From the NCBI RefSeq assembly GCF_963921235.1, contig NC_086098.1:9300001-9364000 (forward strand): a stretch of DNA of 64,000 nucleotides, given 5' to 3'. The translations under genes were made by a program, and so were the position numbers. Origin of the DNA: Mobula hypostoma (lineage: Eukaryota). This document shows positions 24,205 through 37,443 of the stretch, in pieces. Position 1 is the first letter of the stretch, and the number at the start of each line of letters is the position of its first letter. Below the pieces are notes generated by a model, which was given only the letters and a program-made list of their open reading frames with translations, searched no databases and had not been told where the DNA came from.

Positions 24205-26809
24205 ACCAATCTTTTGAGTCAGTATGGGTGGAAGTCAGGAACAGGAAGGGAGCAGTTATTCTATTGGGAATATTCTATAGGCCCCCTGGTAGCAGCAGAG
24301 ATAGCGAGGAGCAGATTGAGAGGCAGAGTTTGGAAAGGTGAAAAAATAACAGGGTTGTTATCATGGGTTACTTTAACTTCCCTAATATTGATTGGCACCT
24401 GATTAGTTCCAATGGTTTAGATGGGGCAGAGTTTGTTAAGTGTGTCCAGGACAGAATCCTGTCATAGTATGTAGACAGGCTGACTAGGGGGAATGCCATA
24501 CTAGATCCAGTATTAGGTAATGAACTAGGTCAGGTCACAGATCTCTCAGTGGGTGAGCATCTGGGGGACAGTGACCACCGCTCCCTGGCCTTTAGCATTG
24601 TCATGGAAAAGGATAGAATCAGAGAGGACAGGAAAATTTATAATTGGGAAAGGGCAAATTATGAGGCTATAAGGCTAGAACTTGCGGGTGTGAATTGGGA
24701 TGATGTTTTTGCAGGAAAATGTACTATGGACATGTGGTCGATGTTTAGGGATCTCTTGCAGGATGTTAGGGATAAATTTGTCCCAGTGAGGAAGATAAAG
24801 AATGGTAGGGTGAGGAAACCATGGGTGACAAGTGAGGTGGAAAATCTAGTCAGGTGGAAGAAGGCAGCATACATGAGGTTTAGGAAGCAAGGATCAGATG
24901 GGTCTATTGAGGGATATAGAGTAGCCAGAAAGGAGCTTAAGAAGGGGCTGAGGAGAGCAAGAAGGGGGCATGAGAAAGCCTTGGCAAATAGGGTAAAGGA
25001 AAACCCCAAGGCATTCTTCAATTATGTGAAGAAAAAAAGGATGACAGGAGTGAAGGTAGGACCGATTAGAGATAAAGGTGGGAAGATGTGCCTGGACGCT
25101 GTGGAAGTGAGCGAGGCCCTCAATAAACACTTCTCTTCAGTATTCACTAATGAGAAGGAACTTGATGACAGTGAGGACAATATGAGTGAGGTTGATGTTC
25201 TGGAGCATGTTGATATTAAGGAAGAGGAGGTGTTGGAATTGCTAAAATACATTAGGATGGGTAAGTCCCCAGGACCTGACAGAATATTCCCCAGGCTGCT
25301 CCACGAGGCGAGGGAAGAGATTGCTGAGCCTCTGGCTAGGATCTTTATGTCCTCGTTGTCCACTGGAATGGTACCGGAGGATTGGAGGGAGGCGAATGTT
25401 GTCCCCTTGTTCAAAAAAGGTAGTGGGGATAGTCTGGGTAATTACAGACCAGTGAGCCTTACGTCTGTGGTGGGAAAGCTGTTGGAAAAGATTCTTAGAG
25501 ATAGGATCTATGGGCATTTAGAGAATCATGGTCTGATCAGGGACAGTCAGCATGGCTTTGTGAAGGGCAGATCGTGTCCAACAAGCCTGATAGAGTTCTT
25601 TGAGGAGGTGACCAGGCATATAGATGAGGGGAGTGCAGTGGATGTGATCTACATGGATTTTAGTAAGGCATTTGACAAGGTCGAACATGGTAGGCTTATT
25701 CAGAAAGTCAGAAGACACGGGATCCAGGGAAGTTTGGCCAGGTGGATTCAGAATTGGCTTGCCTGCAGAAAGCAGAGGGTAGTGGTGGAGGGAGTACATT
25801 TGGATTGGAGGATTGTGACTAGTGGTGTCCCAGAAGGATCTGTTCTGGGACCTCTACTTTTCGAGATTTTTATTAGGACCTGGATGTGGGGGGGAGAAAG
25901 GTGGGTTGGCAGGTTTGCAGATGACACAAAGTTGGTGGTGTTGTGGATAGTGTAGAGGATTGTCGAAGATTGCAGAGAGAAATTAATAAGATGCAGAAAT
26001 GGGCTGAGAAGTGGCAGATGGAGTTCAACTCAGAGAAGTGTGAGGTGGTACACTTTGGAAGGACGAACTCCAAGGCAAAGTACAAAGTAAATGGCAGGAT
26101 ACTTGGTAGTGTGGAGGAGCAGAGGGATCTGAGGGTACATGTCCACAGATCCCTGAAAGTTGCCTCACAGGTAGATAGGGTAGTTAAGAAAGCTTATGGG
26201 GTGATAGCTTTCATAAGTCGAGGGATAGAGTTTAAGAGTCGCGATGTAATGATGCAGCTCTATAAAACTCTGGTTAGGCCACACTTGGAGTACTGTGTCC
26301 AGTTCTAGTCGCCTCACTAAAGGAAAGGATGAGGAAGCATTGGAAAGGGTACAGAGGAGATTTACCAGGATGCTGCCTGGTTTAGAGAGTATGCATTCTG
26401 ATCAGAGATTAAGGGAGCTAGGGCTTTACTCTTTAGAGAGAAGGAGGATGAGAGGAGACATGATAGAGGTGTACAAGATAATAAGAGGAATAGATAGAGT
26501 GGATAGCCAACACCTCTTCCCCAGGGCACCACTGCTCAATACAAGAGGACATGGCTTTAAGGTAAGGGGTGGGAAGTTCAAGGGGGATATTAGAGGAAGG
26601 TTTTTTACTCAGAGAGTGGTTGGTGCGTGGAATACACTGCCTGAGTCAGTGGTGGAGGCAGATACACTAGTGAAGTTTAAGAGACTACTAGACAGGTATA
26701 TGGAGGAATTTAAGATGGGGGGTTATATGGGAGGCAGGGTTTAAGGGTCGGCACAACATTGTGGGCCGAAGGGCCTGTACTGTGCTGTACTATTCTATGT
26801 TCTATGTTC
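24205..26809 (+). mobile_element. CR1 LINE, 5'-truncated (endonuclease C-terminus plus RT), frameshifted
   Basis: ORFs 24147-24341, 24549-25955, 25943-26308 and 26295-26744 contain YRPP, SDH, YMDFSKAFDKV and FADD; (GTTCTAT)n tail. Confidence 0.93.
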
Positions 26810-27869
26810 AATTAATCTACTGACTAGTACATCTCTGGACTGTAGGAGGAAACCAGAGCACCTGGGGGAAATCCACACGGTCACGGGGATACGTACAAAC
26901 TCCTTACAGGGAGCAGCAGGAATTGAACCCAGATCACTGGTACTGTTAAAGCCTTGTGATAACCACTATACTACTGTGCTGCCTTATTATTGTGTTATGA
27001 TGCGCCATCACATTGGTTTTGGTATCAAATGTACCTTCCCCGTCATGTCAAGAGCTCTTAGTTCAATGAACTGTGCAGTAATATAAATACTGCAGTCACT
27101 CAAGTCAAGTATGACGTTCTCCCAATGGGTTGTCTGTTGGTGGAATCTCAGGTGGCTGTGGGGGCTCATCAGTGATCCACATATTCTGTTGCAGTGTGGG
27201 CAGTGGTGTATAAGAAATAACATAATTGCAAACTCCAACAATCATTCATAAACCTAAGAATCAGGATTTTCAGTTACATTGTTGGACTGGAGATGCTGGC
27301 GTTATTCTCCTTGAAGGAAAGAGGATATTTGATGGAGACGTTAAATATTGGCAGTTTTAGATAAAGTAACTCTTTACTCAGAGTAGTTATAAACTAGAAT
27401 TCACAGCTTGCTAAAATTGTAGAAGCAGATTCAATCAGTGCCTTCAAAAGGAATTTCTTATTCTCTGGAGAGCATCTGTTGGGCTTTGAGGAAGGAGAAG
27501 GAATTCTACTGAAGGAATTGTTCCTCTGGGAGCCAGCATGGACTCAATCAACCACTTCACTTTCTATGCCATAACAGCTACATAATTCGATTATGTAAGG
27601 ACAATATATAGAGAGTCTGATATGACTGATTAAATGAACAGCAAATATAATGCATAGCCTTGAGTTGGCAATTTTGTTTAATGCTTTTTGATTTCTAAAA
27701 ACTTGGTAGTTACTTTCAGTTGAACTAATTGAAAACAAAGCATTTAATCAAAGTTCAAAGTAAATTTTACAATTTCACTATATACAACTCTGAGGTTCAT
27801 TTTCTTGTGGGAATACTCAACAAATCTACAGATTAATAACTATAACAGAATCAATGAGAGACCACACCA

Positions 27870-29500
27870 ACAGGGATCTGTACTGGGTCCAATGTTGTTT
27901 GTCATATACATTAATGATCTGGATGATGGTGTGATAAATTGGATTAGTAAGTATGCAGATAATACTAAGATAGGTGGAGTTGTGGATAATGAAGTAGGTT
28001 TTCAAAGCTTGCAGAGAGATTTAGGCCAGTTAGAAGAGTGAAAGGCTGAAAGATGGCAGATGGAGTTTAATGCTGATGAATGTGAGGTGCTACATCTTGG
28101 TAGGACTAATCAAAATAGGACATACATGGTAAATGGTAGGGCATTGAAGAATGCAGTAGAACAGAGGGATCTGGGAATAATGGTGAATAGTTCCCTGAAG
28201 GTGGAATCTCATGTGGATAGGGTGGTAAAGAAAGCTTTTGGTATACTGGTCTTTATAAATCAGAGCATTGAGTATAGGAGTTGAGATGTAATGTTGAAAT
28301 TGTACAAGGCATTGGTAAGGCCAAATTTGGAGTATTGTGTACAGTTTTGGTCACTGAATTATAGGAAAGATGTCAACAAAATAGAGAGAGTACAGAGAAG
28401 ATTTACTGGAATGTTACCTGGGTTTCATTGCCTAAGTTACAGAGAAAGGTTGAACAAGTTAGGTCTTTATTCTTTGGAGCATAGAAGGTTGAGGGGGGAC
28501 TTGATAGAGGTATTTAAAATTATGAGGGGGATAGATAGAGTTGACGTGGATAGGCTTTTTCTATTGAGAGTGAGGGAGATTCAAACAAGAAGACATGAGT
28601 TGAGAGTTAAAGGGCAAATGTTTAGGGGTAACATGTAGCAAGAGGATTCGAGTACAGGCGCAGGGAGGTACTACTGCAGTTGTACAAGGCCTTGGTGAGA
28701 CCACACCTGGAGTATTGTGTGTAGTTTTGGTCCCCTAATCTGAGGAAAGACATTCTTGCCATAGAGGGAGTACAAAGAAGGTTCACCAGATTGATTCCTG
28801 GGATGGCAGGACTTTCATATGATGAAAGACTGGATCGGCTAGGCTTATACTCACTGGAATTTAGAAGATTGAGCAGGGATCTTATTGAAAGGTATAAAAT
28901 TCTAAAGGGATTGGACAGGCTAGATGCAGGAAGATTGTTCTCGATGTTGGGGAAGTCCAGAACGAGGGGTCACTGTTTAAGGATAAAGGGGAAGTCTTTT
29001 AGGTCCGAGATGAGAAAAAACTTCTTCACACAGAGAGTGGTGAATCTGTGGAATTCTCTGCCGCAGGAAACAGTTGAGGCCAGTTCATTGGCTATATTTA
29101 AGAGGGAGTTAGATATGGCCCTTGTGGCTAAAGGGATCAGGGGTTATGCAGAGAAGGCAGGTACAGGGTTCTGAGTTGGATGATCAGCCATGATCATACT
29201 GAATGGCGGTGCAGGCTCGAAGGGCAGAATGGCCTACTCCTGCACCTATTTTCTATGTTTCTATGAGTGGGAGCTTCTTTACTCAGAGAGTGGTAGCTGT
29301 GTGGAACGAGCTTCCAGCAGAAGTGGTTGAGGCAGGTTCGATGTTGTCATTTAAAGTTAAATTGGATAGATATATGGACAGGAAAGGAATGGAGGGTTAT
29401 GAGCTGAGTGCAGGTCGGTGGGACTAAGTGAGAGTAAGAGTTCAGCATGGACTAGAAGGGTCGAGATGGCCTGTTTCTGTGCTGTAGTTGTTATATGGTT
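27870..29500 (+). mobile_element. CR1 3' fragment with a second CR1 nested at 28636-29265
   Basis: Host starts QGSVLGP...YADNTK, breaks at ggtaacatg| and resumes at |agtgggagcttctttactcagagagtgg. Confidence 0.88.
28636..29265 (+). mobile_element. CR1 3' fragment, same young subfamily as 3021-5217 and 46935-49200
   Basis: ORF 28791-29174 reads IPGMAGLSYDERLDRLGLYSLEFRR...AGTGF; tail ttttctatgtttctatg. Confidence 0.9.
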
Positions 29501-29735
29501 GACTTGAGTGTACAACTGGAGTGCAAAAGACAACAAGCTCAAAAGGACAGCAAATACAAAAAGAAGAAAATAATATTAAAAAATAAGCAATAAATATTGA
29601 GAACATGGGATGAAGAGTGTTATTTGATAGCTAATTATTACAGGAAATTGATAACTAATGATATAGCTAATTGTTATACAAATGTGACTGACTGCTGTCA
29701 CTTTGCTATTTGGTAGTATGTAAACCAGTACACCC

Positions 29736-29938
29736 CACCAGCTGGTGGTGTGGTGGTATCAGCACTGGACTTCAAGGCAGATGGTCCTGAGTTCAAACCC
29801 AGCCAGGTCCCAACCTGGGCAGCAGCAGTATCTGTGCAGAAGAAAGGCCTGGCAATTTTTCTTCCTTATCTTCCATGAAAACCCTATGGTCCATGAGGTC
29901 ATGAAGAGTTGGACTCGACTTAACAACTGAACAACAAG
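29736..29938 (+). mobile_element. tRNA-head SINE with BovB/RTE-like tail
   Basis: tggtgtggtgg...gagttcaaaccc head and tail ggtcatgaagagttggactcgacttaacaactgaacaacaa, flanked by ac(c/t)agtacaccc at 29724-29735 and 29939-29950. Confidence 0.75.
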
Positions 29939-30177
29939 ACTAGTACACCCACAACCTGGGCCAGCCTTGGAAGTTAGCTGGAGGTCAGCAGAACTGAAAG
30001 CAAGACCTCTTGCAAGGGGAAACAATAACTAACCGGACTCGGAGAAAGGATAGACGCCACAAATTCCTTCTCCCTGAAAAACCAAAAACAATCCAACTAA
30101 TCCAACTAACTTATTGTTGGCTGATCAAAAATAGGTTGTTGATCGGGATAGAGTGACGAAGGGTGCTGCAATGTCTT

Positions 30178-30457
30178 GGGTGCCAGGGTGGTGTAGCAGT
30201 TACCTCGAAGCTGTTACAGATCAAGGCATACCAGAGTCTGGAATTCAATTCTGGCGTCCTCTGTAAAGAGTTTATACATTCTCCCAGAGACCATTTGTGT
30301 TTCCTACAGATGCTGTGGTTTTGTCCCACATTCCAAAGGTGCACTGTAAATTGTCCTGTGATTGATTAGGCTAGTATTAAATAGGTGGGTTGCAGGCAGT
30401 GCAGCTTGTTGGGCTGAAAGAGTCCGTTCCACACTGTGTCTCTAAATAAATAAATCA
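30178..30457 (+). mobile_element. HE1-like V-SINE
   Basis: tRNA-like head, V-domain (gagtttatacattctccc...gtcccacattccaaag), CR1-like end gttgggctgaaagagtccgttccacactgtgtctc and a (TAAA)n tail. Confidence 0.7.
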
Positions 30458-30508
30458 AAGATGCCCCAATGGTCACAGCAACCTTGACTGAGAAGGGCCT
30501 GCCTCACT

Positions 30509-30974
30509 TCATAGTCATAGTCGTACTTTATTGATCCCGGGGGAAATTGGTTTTCGTTACAGTTGCACCATAAATAATAAATAGTAATAGAACCATAAAT
30601 AGTTAAATAGTAATATGTAAATTATGCCAGTAAATTATGAAATAAGTCCAGGACCAGCCTATTGGCTCAGGGTGTCTGACCCTCCAAGCGAGGAGTTGTA
30701 AAGTTTGATGGCCACAGGCAGGAATGACTTCCTATGACGCTCTGTGTTGCATCTCGGTGGAATGAGTCTCTAGCTGAATGTACTCCTGTGTCCACCCAGT
30801 ACATTATGTAGTGGATGGGAGACATTGACCAAGTTGGCATGCAACTTGGACCGCATCCTCTTTTCAGACACCACCGTGAGAGAGTCCAGTTCCATCTCCA
30901 CAACATCACTGGCCTTACGAATGAACAACATTACTGGCCTTACGAATGAACAACATCACTGGCCTTACGAATGA
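30509..30974 (-). mobile_element. Rex1/Babar-like LINE 3' fragment with a triplicated 5' junction
   Basis: Near-identical to 1089-1500; a 25-bp unit occurs three times at 30901-30974. Confidence 0.8.
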
Positions 30975-31894
30975 CGGCTATATTTCGACGGCTGGAGCTC
31001 TGATATCTATCATGATAGTTGATAGGCTTGTGTTTGTGATTGGGCAAGGGTCACGTTTCCGGCACCAGCATAGTATGCCCACAATTCACTAACCCTAACT
31101 GTATGTCTTTGGAGTGAGGGAGGAAATCCAGGCAGTCCTGGGGTGAAGCTGCTTACAGACAGCTGTGGGAATTCCTCCCCGATCTTACAGCTTGTACTTG
31201 TAAAGCATTGTGCTGACTGCTACGCCACCATGCCTCCCTCATATTAACATTAGTGTGAAACATCTCTCCGTGGAACACTATTTCTCTTTTTAAGGCCAGG
31301 CACAACAACTAGGAACTTTCACTTTCCTCTGAGAAGTAGTTGACTGCCACCTTAGAATCACCTGAACATTTAGATAAAGTGACTGATAAAAAGTGAAGAA
31401 AATTCCTGATCCACCCAGGTTCCCTCAGTAAAGGTAGACACTGGAGTGAATAAAGTGTTTGGGTCTTTGGAGAACGAGTAAAAGATTGAGGCTGACAGAA
31501 TTGCTTTACCAGAAGCTGCTATTCCCGCCGGTGAGCCCAACGGCCTTGTTCTATACCAGAATAATAATTCCATTATGTATCTGGATCAGCAAAAATATTT
31601 TTGGAGTTTTGGCTATGGTTTAAAACTTTAAAGCCAAATCCAACTAATATTTGGTTGTGACTACCTATAAGTAATACCAGTAATAAGTGTTTGGCACAAT
31701 GGCATAGGAGTTAGTTTTGGTTCCTCACATCTCCAGCAACCTGGGGTCAGTCCTGAACCTGGGTGCTTTCTGTGTGAATTATGCATGTTTTCCCTGTGAT
31801 CACATGTATTTCCTCTTGTGTGCTCTGACAATGCCCTGCAGACGTTTCTTAACTTTTAAATTAACTTTTCACTACATTACAGTGTGGAAGTAAT

Positions 31895-31936
31895 CTAACG
31901 TGCACATTCTTTCTTTTTTTTTAGGGTCTGAACGGA
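31895..31936 (+). other. bach2: Splice acceptor of the bach2 ATG exon plus 12 nt of 5' UTR (exon starts at 31925)
   Basis: Branch-point-like CTAAC at 31895-31899, polypyrimidine tract ttctttctttttttttAG ending at 31924, then ggtctgaacgga-ATG. Confidence 0.88.
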
Positions 31937-32179
31937 ATGTCTGTGGATGAGAAGTCTGAATCGCCCATGTATGTGTATGAGTCAACAGTGCATTGTACAA
32001 ATATCCTCCTGTGCCTGAACGACCAGCGCAAGCAGGATATCCTCTGCGATGTGACCGTACTGGTGGAGAGGAAGGAATTCCGTGCCCACCGCGCTGTCCT
32101 AGCCGCGTGCAGCGAATATTTCCTACAGACTTTGATTGGGCAAACAGAACATGAGCTTGTTATCACTCTACCTGAGGAG
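31937..32179 (+). CDS. bach2: First coding exon of BACH2 (BTB and CNC homology 2): N-terminal part of the BTB/POZ domain, 81 codons. Remaining exons lie outside the window.
   Basis: Translation [81 protein letters not shown] matches the vertebrate BACH2 N-terminus as I recall it ([40 protein letters not shown]...LPEE). It ends at a phase-0 donor GAG|GTATGA (GT at 32180). The final V and stop in the ORF track are intronic. Confidence 0.96.
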
Positions 32180-32334
32180 GTATGATGTAGTGTCTTACTT
32201 TAAGATTAGGGAGAGTATAGCTACAGTAATCTCTACAGCCAAAAGACAATAACCGGTTGAAATTTGCAAGTGCTCTATTTCTGATTCAGAACTCTATAAG
32301 ATCATAATGAAGAGTAAACTATCTACTTGCTGTC

Positions 32335-33900
32335 TCGACCCTGTCCCTACCACACTTTTAAGTGTTTTCATTTCTGTTAGGAAAATCATTTACACATCCC
32401 TAGAGACTGGAGCTTTTCCAGAGGCTCTCAAACTGCGGCTATCAAAACCCTACTTAAAAAGTTAAATCTTGATAGTGAGGTACCAGCTAACTACAAGCCT
32501 GTATCAAATCTTTCCTTCCTGGGAAAGATTCTTGAGAAAGACATTTTCAACCAACTCAACAACCTTCTAAATGAGAACAAAATTCTAGAAAAGTTTCAGT
32601 CAGATTTTAGACAAAACTACAGCACGGAGCTGGCTTTTACCAAAATTGTTAGTGACTGTAGGCTCAAAGTCTCAGTTCTAGTTCTTTTATATCTAAGTGC
32701 TGCGTTCAACACAATTGATCACAAAATTCTCCTAGATTGCCTTGAGAATTGGGTTGGCCTCTCTGGTAGTGCCCTAAGTTGATTTTGTTCATATATCTTA
32801 GAGAAAAATATTTTGTCTGTCTTGGCGACCAATTTTTTAAGAGATACAATGTACCTTTTGGTATTGCTCGGAGAAACTGTCTTGGTCCCCTACTCTTCTC
32901 CTGATACATACTCCTTTTAGGAGACAACATTAGAGAGCATAAACTTGGTTTCCACAGTTATGCAGCTGACACACAATTGTATTTCTTGGTTGAACCTGAT
33001 GATGAACCACACTATCTTCTCTGACTTCTGGTATGGCTGCAATAAACAAATGGATGAGCAATAATTTTTTAAAATAAATGATGATAAAACTGAAATCCCA
33101 AAGCCAAACGAAATAAACTTCTTGATTAACTTGGGAACTTGGCTCCCCTTGTAAAATCAGAAATATCAAGTCTGGTTGTTATCCTGGATTCATATTTGAT
33201 TAAATCCCACATAAATAAAGTGACCAGAGAAGCATTTTTACACTTAAGAAATATTGCAAAAGATGCCTGTTTCCATCACGTAATGATGCTGCAAAACTAA
33301 TCCACGCCTTTATATCGAATGGACTAGATTACTGCAGTGCACTTTTTACTTGCCTTTCTAAGCAAACTGTCGACCAACTTCAACTCATTCAGAATGCTGC
33401 TGCTAGACTTGTAACCAAACCCAGGATGAGAGAACATATCACTGCTGTACTAGCTACTCTGAATTGGCTTCCTGTATCTTTAAGAATTGATTTTAAAGTT
33501 CTCTTCCTTGTTTTTAAAGCTCTGGGATCAGAGTACATCACAAAATTATTTTGTTATATAATCCTGCTTGAGCTCTCGGGTCTTCCTCTGGCCAGTCTCT
33601 TAAATTTACGCAATTTCCCTCAAAAGATAATTGGGAGATCAGCTTTTATGAACTACACGCCTAAACTGTGGAATTTAATACCTAAAACTATAAGGGATGC
33701 AGACTCAGTTGAAACTTTTAAACACTAGCTTAAAATCTATTTATTTAACCTTGCTTTTCGCTAACATCTGGTGTCTTTTACTTTACTTATTTTTTTATTT
33801 CTATTTTATTTTCATATTCATGCTTTTTGTAAAGCACTTTGAAATACATCATCTGTATGAAAAGTGCTCTATAAATAAGGTTATTATGATTATTATTATT
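32335..33900 (+). mobile_element. L2-clade LINE, decayed RT plus C-terminus
   Basis: Frameshifted NYKPVSNLSFLGKILEK, YAADTQLY, LDYCSAL, QNAAARL and REHITAVLATLNWLPVSLRIDFK; (ATT)n tail. Confidence 0.85.
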
Positions 33901-35019
33901 TAAATACAGAGCATAGGTTAATCAGATCGTACTGCTGCAGGAAGCATGACATGGGAACAGTGTTATGTTATTTCCTTGGTGTCTAAAAATAGCAACCAGT
34001 TTATAATAACAAGTTATTTTTACTCTTTATGGAATTTATCATTCTAAATTAAAGGTAAAAACATTAAAAATGCATAGTATGGAGTGTGGAGATGCAAAGG
34101 TGCGATATCTTGGAGCATTAGTATTTGTTGCTGTCATGGTAACTGTATATTCCACCAACTCACTAATCCTCCAGAGCATTGTAGAATTCCAAGTCTCAGC
34201 AATTTCCTTTCCTCATGTAAAGGTGTAAAGTTCACTAGAAATTCCTACCTGTGTTACCCCTTGAACCCCTGTTCTAATATTTAGGGCATGAATGAGAACT
34301 AGTCCAGATCCCGATCTGACAAACAGCAGGAAATTAGGACACCCACTCCTTCTGTTAAAAAAAATTATATAGACTAAAGCACTGAAGACCAATTAGCCCA
34401 AAATATTTGTGTCATCTTTTTGCTGGGAAAGCAAATTACAGACCATCTGTTTTTTTTCTGGAATACCTGTAATGACTACTAATCTGTTAAGAAATTGTGC
34501 TATGGGACAAATTTGGTTGAAGCAAGTAATTAGAGGTTTTAAAGATGCATGGCATATGCTGTGGTTTGTCTTAAGTTATAATTACAGGGGCCAGTCATTA
34601 ACTTTGGAGAAAACTTGATGTTAATTATAATGTCACTGTAATATGCCTGAGTAAACACAAGTCATAAATGTATTGAATATCCTGGACAATCAAAATCAAC
34701 TAGTAGTTAAGATTTTTGCTAAGTCTAATGCACTGGAACAAAAGAGAAAACCAGTCAAAACTTCGACCTCAAGGCTTCACTGAGGATAAGAATCTTATTC
34801 CAAGGCCTGATTTCATAGAAATCTACTCATCCATCCTTACTGATATCAGTACCCAAAATGTTGTGTCTAACTTAGTATTAAAGTGAGGGAAAAACTAGTC
34901 TGAAACATAAATCAAAAAGAGGAGGTATGCAGTATATCAGTAAATGAAAACTGGATTGGCATTTCAGACAGAGACTTTTGTCAGAGGCTAATAGCATTCC
35001 AGTCATCATCATATGTGGT

Positions 35020-35370
35020 ATCATATGACATAGCTGATCATGGTCTCAAGACCATGATTGGTTTGAGGCAAATTCTTCTACAGAAATGGTTTGCTTTTGC
35101 CTTCTTCTGGGCATTGTCTTTACAAGATGGGTGACCCCAGCCATTATCAATACTTTTCAGAGACTGCCCGCCTGGTGTCAGTAGTTGCATAAGCAGGACT
35201 TGTGATATGTACCAGCTGCTCATACGACCATCCACCACCTGCTCCCATGAGTTCATATGACCCTGATCAGGGGGCTAAGCAGGTGCTACTCTTTGCCCAA
35301 GGGTGACTTGCAGGCTAGCGGAGAGAAGGATCACTTTCCACCTCCTTTGATGTATCTTCACCGCACCACC
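35020..35370 (-). mobile_element. SINE-like element with RTE-like tail
   Basis: Third copy of the 19250 / 22140 family. Confidence 0.7.
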
Positions 35371-36204
35371 CATATTTCCAGTCCTTGATATACTTAAATG
35401 TCTGGCATTTTTAAATTTCTTTTACTCAACTAGATTGAATTCAACAGTAAGTCAATGAATTAAAGATGAGAATTGTATGATCTCTGATTATCTTTAACTT
35501 AGTAGTTGTCTTTTCATATAAAAGATATCAATTCAAAATAACACCAGAGTTAGTTAATGATACATGGATGGGAGGTGTATGGAGGGATATGGTCCGTGTG
35601 CAGGTCAGTGGGACTAGGCAAAAAATGGTTCGGCACAGCCAAGAAGGGCCAAAAGGCCTGTTTCTGTGCTATGGTTTCTATGGATGGTTCCTTTATAGCT
35701 GTATTACATCTAGTCTTTTGTTGCTGATCTCGATGTTTAAGGCATAACGTGCCTTCACACATTATGATTAAGTGGCATTAATGTGTGAGTAGAAAACATT
35801 TATTTTTTTGCTTTTTGAACTAAGAATTATGTTGTTTGCTTTTCATTTTCTCATCAGCTTTGGAGAAAATAAATTTCATGTGCATATTTTGTTTTAAGAC
35901 CCTAACTGTTTTCTTCTCAGTTAACTAACTGAAATCAACTCTGAAAGAAGCAGTGACTGTGTCATTCTTAAATATGATGGTAGTGAATTTTAACAAAGGT
36001 TCTCAGATTAGTCCAGTAAATTAAAGTTGACGGGCCACAGGAACTCCTGAAAATGCTTGGTACCATCCATATTCTCCCCTGATCACTACCTTCTCAGCTC
36101 AGGATGTAAAATGACAACATCCTGGCATCATTTAAATGACATTAGCTATTATTCTGCTTTTCGTGCAGAAGAAAGTGACTTAACAACCACCAGTCTGTCT
36201 AAGT

Positions 36205-36590
36205 CCAAAGGAGATCAGAGTAGAATGAGGCTATTTGGCCCATTGTGTCTGCTCCGCCATTCCATCATGACTGATTCGTTATCTCTCTCATCCCCACTCT
36301 GTTTCTTTCTGCCTGTAACATTTCATGCCCTGACTAATCAAGAACCTATCAACCACCACTTTTAATATACCCAATGACTTGGCTTCCAGAGCCGTCTGTG
36401 GCAATGAATTCCACAGATGCCCTACCTACTAACTGAAGAAATTCCTCCTCATCTCTGTTGTAAAAGGATGTCCCTCTATTCTGAGGCTGTATCCTCTGGT
36501 TCAACACTTGCTTTACTCAAGGAAACATCCTCTCCACGTCCATGCTCTCAAGTCTGTTCAATATTTGATAGGTTTCATTAAAATTCACCC
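36205..36590 (-). mobile_element. Old CR1 3' fragment
   Basis: ggcttccagagccgtctgtggcaatgaattccacaga...gaagaaattcctcctcatctc is the CR1 3' consensus. Confidence 0.7.
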
Positions 36591-37127
36591 CCCCCCACCC
36601 CTTACTTCTAATCTCCAATCCTTAGCTGAACACTATTGGAGACTAAAGAGGGCTATTCTTAAATGTTCCATCCTAGTTGGGCCTGATCACTTTGATATTG
36701 TGCCTGTGAGATCCCTGCTTTTACCTCCAATGTGAAATTTGCAGGTGCAGGCATAGTGCAGCTGAGCTGGGCCAGCAGCCAAACTATGGGGAATGTTTCA
36801 CTTCACTAGCACTGGAACAAATGTGGACTGTATGCTATAAACATGTGTAAGTACAAATAGAATCGAAAAGGGAAGGGTGCTTTACAGAGAAAGGAGGAAG
36901 AAGTAGAACAGAGATTCGATTACATAAATAATGAGGCATGGGTGGAAAGAGGAAAAACTGCAAGGCAACCACTAAACAGGAGATAACAATAAAAGGAAAA
37001 CAGCTGAGCTATTTATAAGAGTAGAGGCAAAAGAATTATATCACCTAGAGAGGCAGGAAGGCCAGGCCAAGTACTGCTAGAAGTGGGGTGGGTGTCTGTA
37101 TCCCAGAAAAATTGAAAGAAAAGTGCA

Positions 37128-37268
37128 AGCACACACAAAATGCTGGAGGAACTCAGCAGGTCAGGCAGCATCTATGGAGAAGGTTTCAGCCCAAAACGTT
37201 GACTATTTATTCCTCTCCAAGATGCTGGATCCTCTGGACCTCCAATGTCTGCAGAATTTCTAGTGTTT
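37128..37268. mobile_element. Rearranged fold-back PLE terminal remnant
   Basis: Minus-orientation pLTR (tgctggaggaactcagcaggtcaggcagcatctatgg) joined to plus-orientation aggtttcagcccaaaacgttgact...ctgcagaa. Confidence 0.6.
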
Positions 37269-37298
37269 GTTAAAAATGTGAGCTGTTTTGTTCAGAGT

Positions 37299-37443
37299 GA
37301 AACATAGAAACATAGAAAATAGGTGCAGGAGTAGGCCATTCGGCCCTTCGAGCCTGCACCGCCATTTATTATGATCATGGCTGATCATCCAACTCAGAAC
37401 CCAGCCTTCCCTCCATACCCCCTGACCCCTGTAGCCACAAGGG
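37299..37443 (-). mobile_element. Very short CR1 3' end (young subfamily)
   Basis: Essentially identical to 3022-3166. Confidence 0.88.

Noticed and set aside
30901..30974. CRISPR-like array
   Set aside because: The units are directly adjacent with no spacers, derive from LINE sequence, and lie in a vertebrate context.
31921..32166. Antisense 81-aa ORF over the bach2 exon
   Set aside because: It is a shadow frame of the coding exon with no independent signal.
32180..32185. Stop codon making bach2 an 82-aa protein or pseudogene
   Set aside because: GTATGA is the splice donor, so the stop is intronic.
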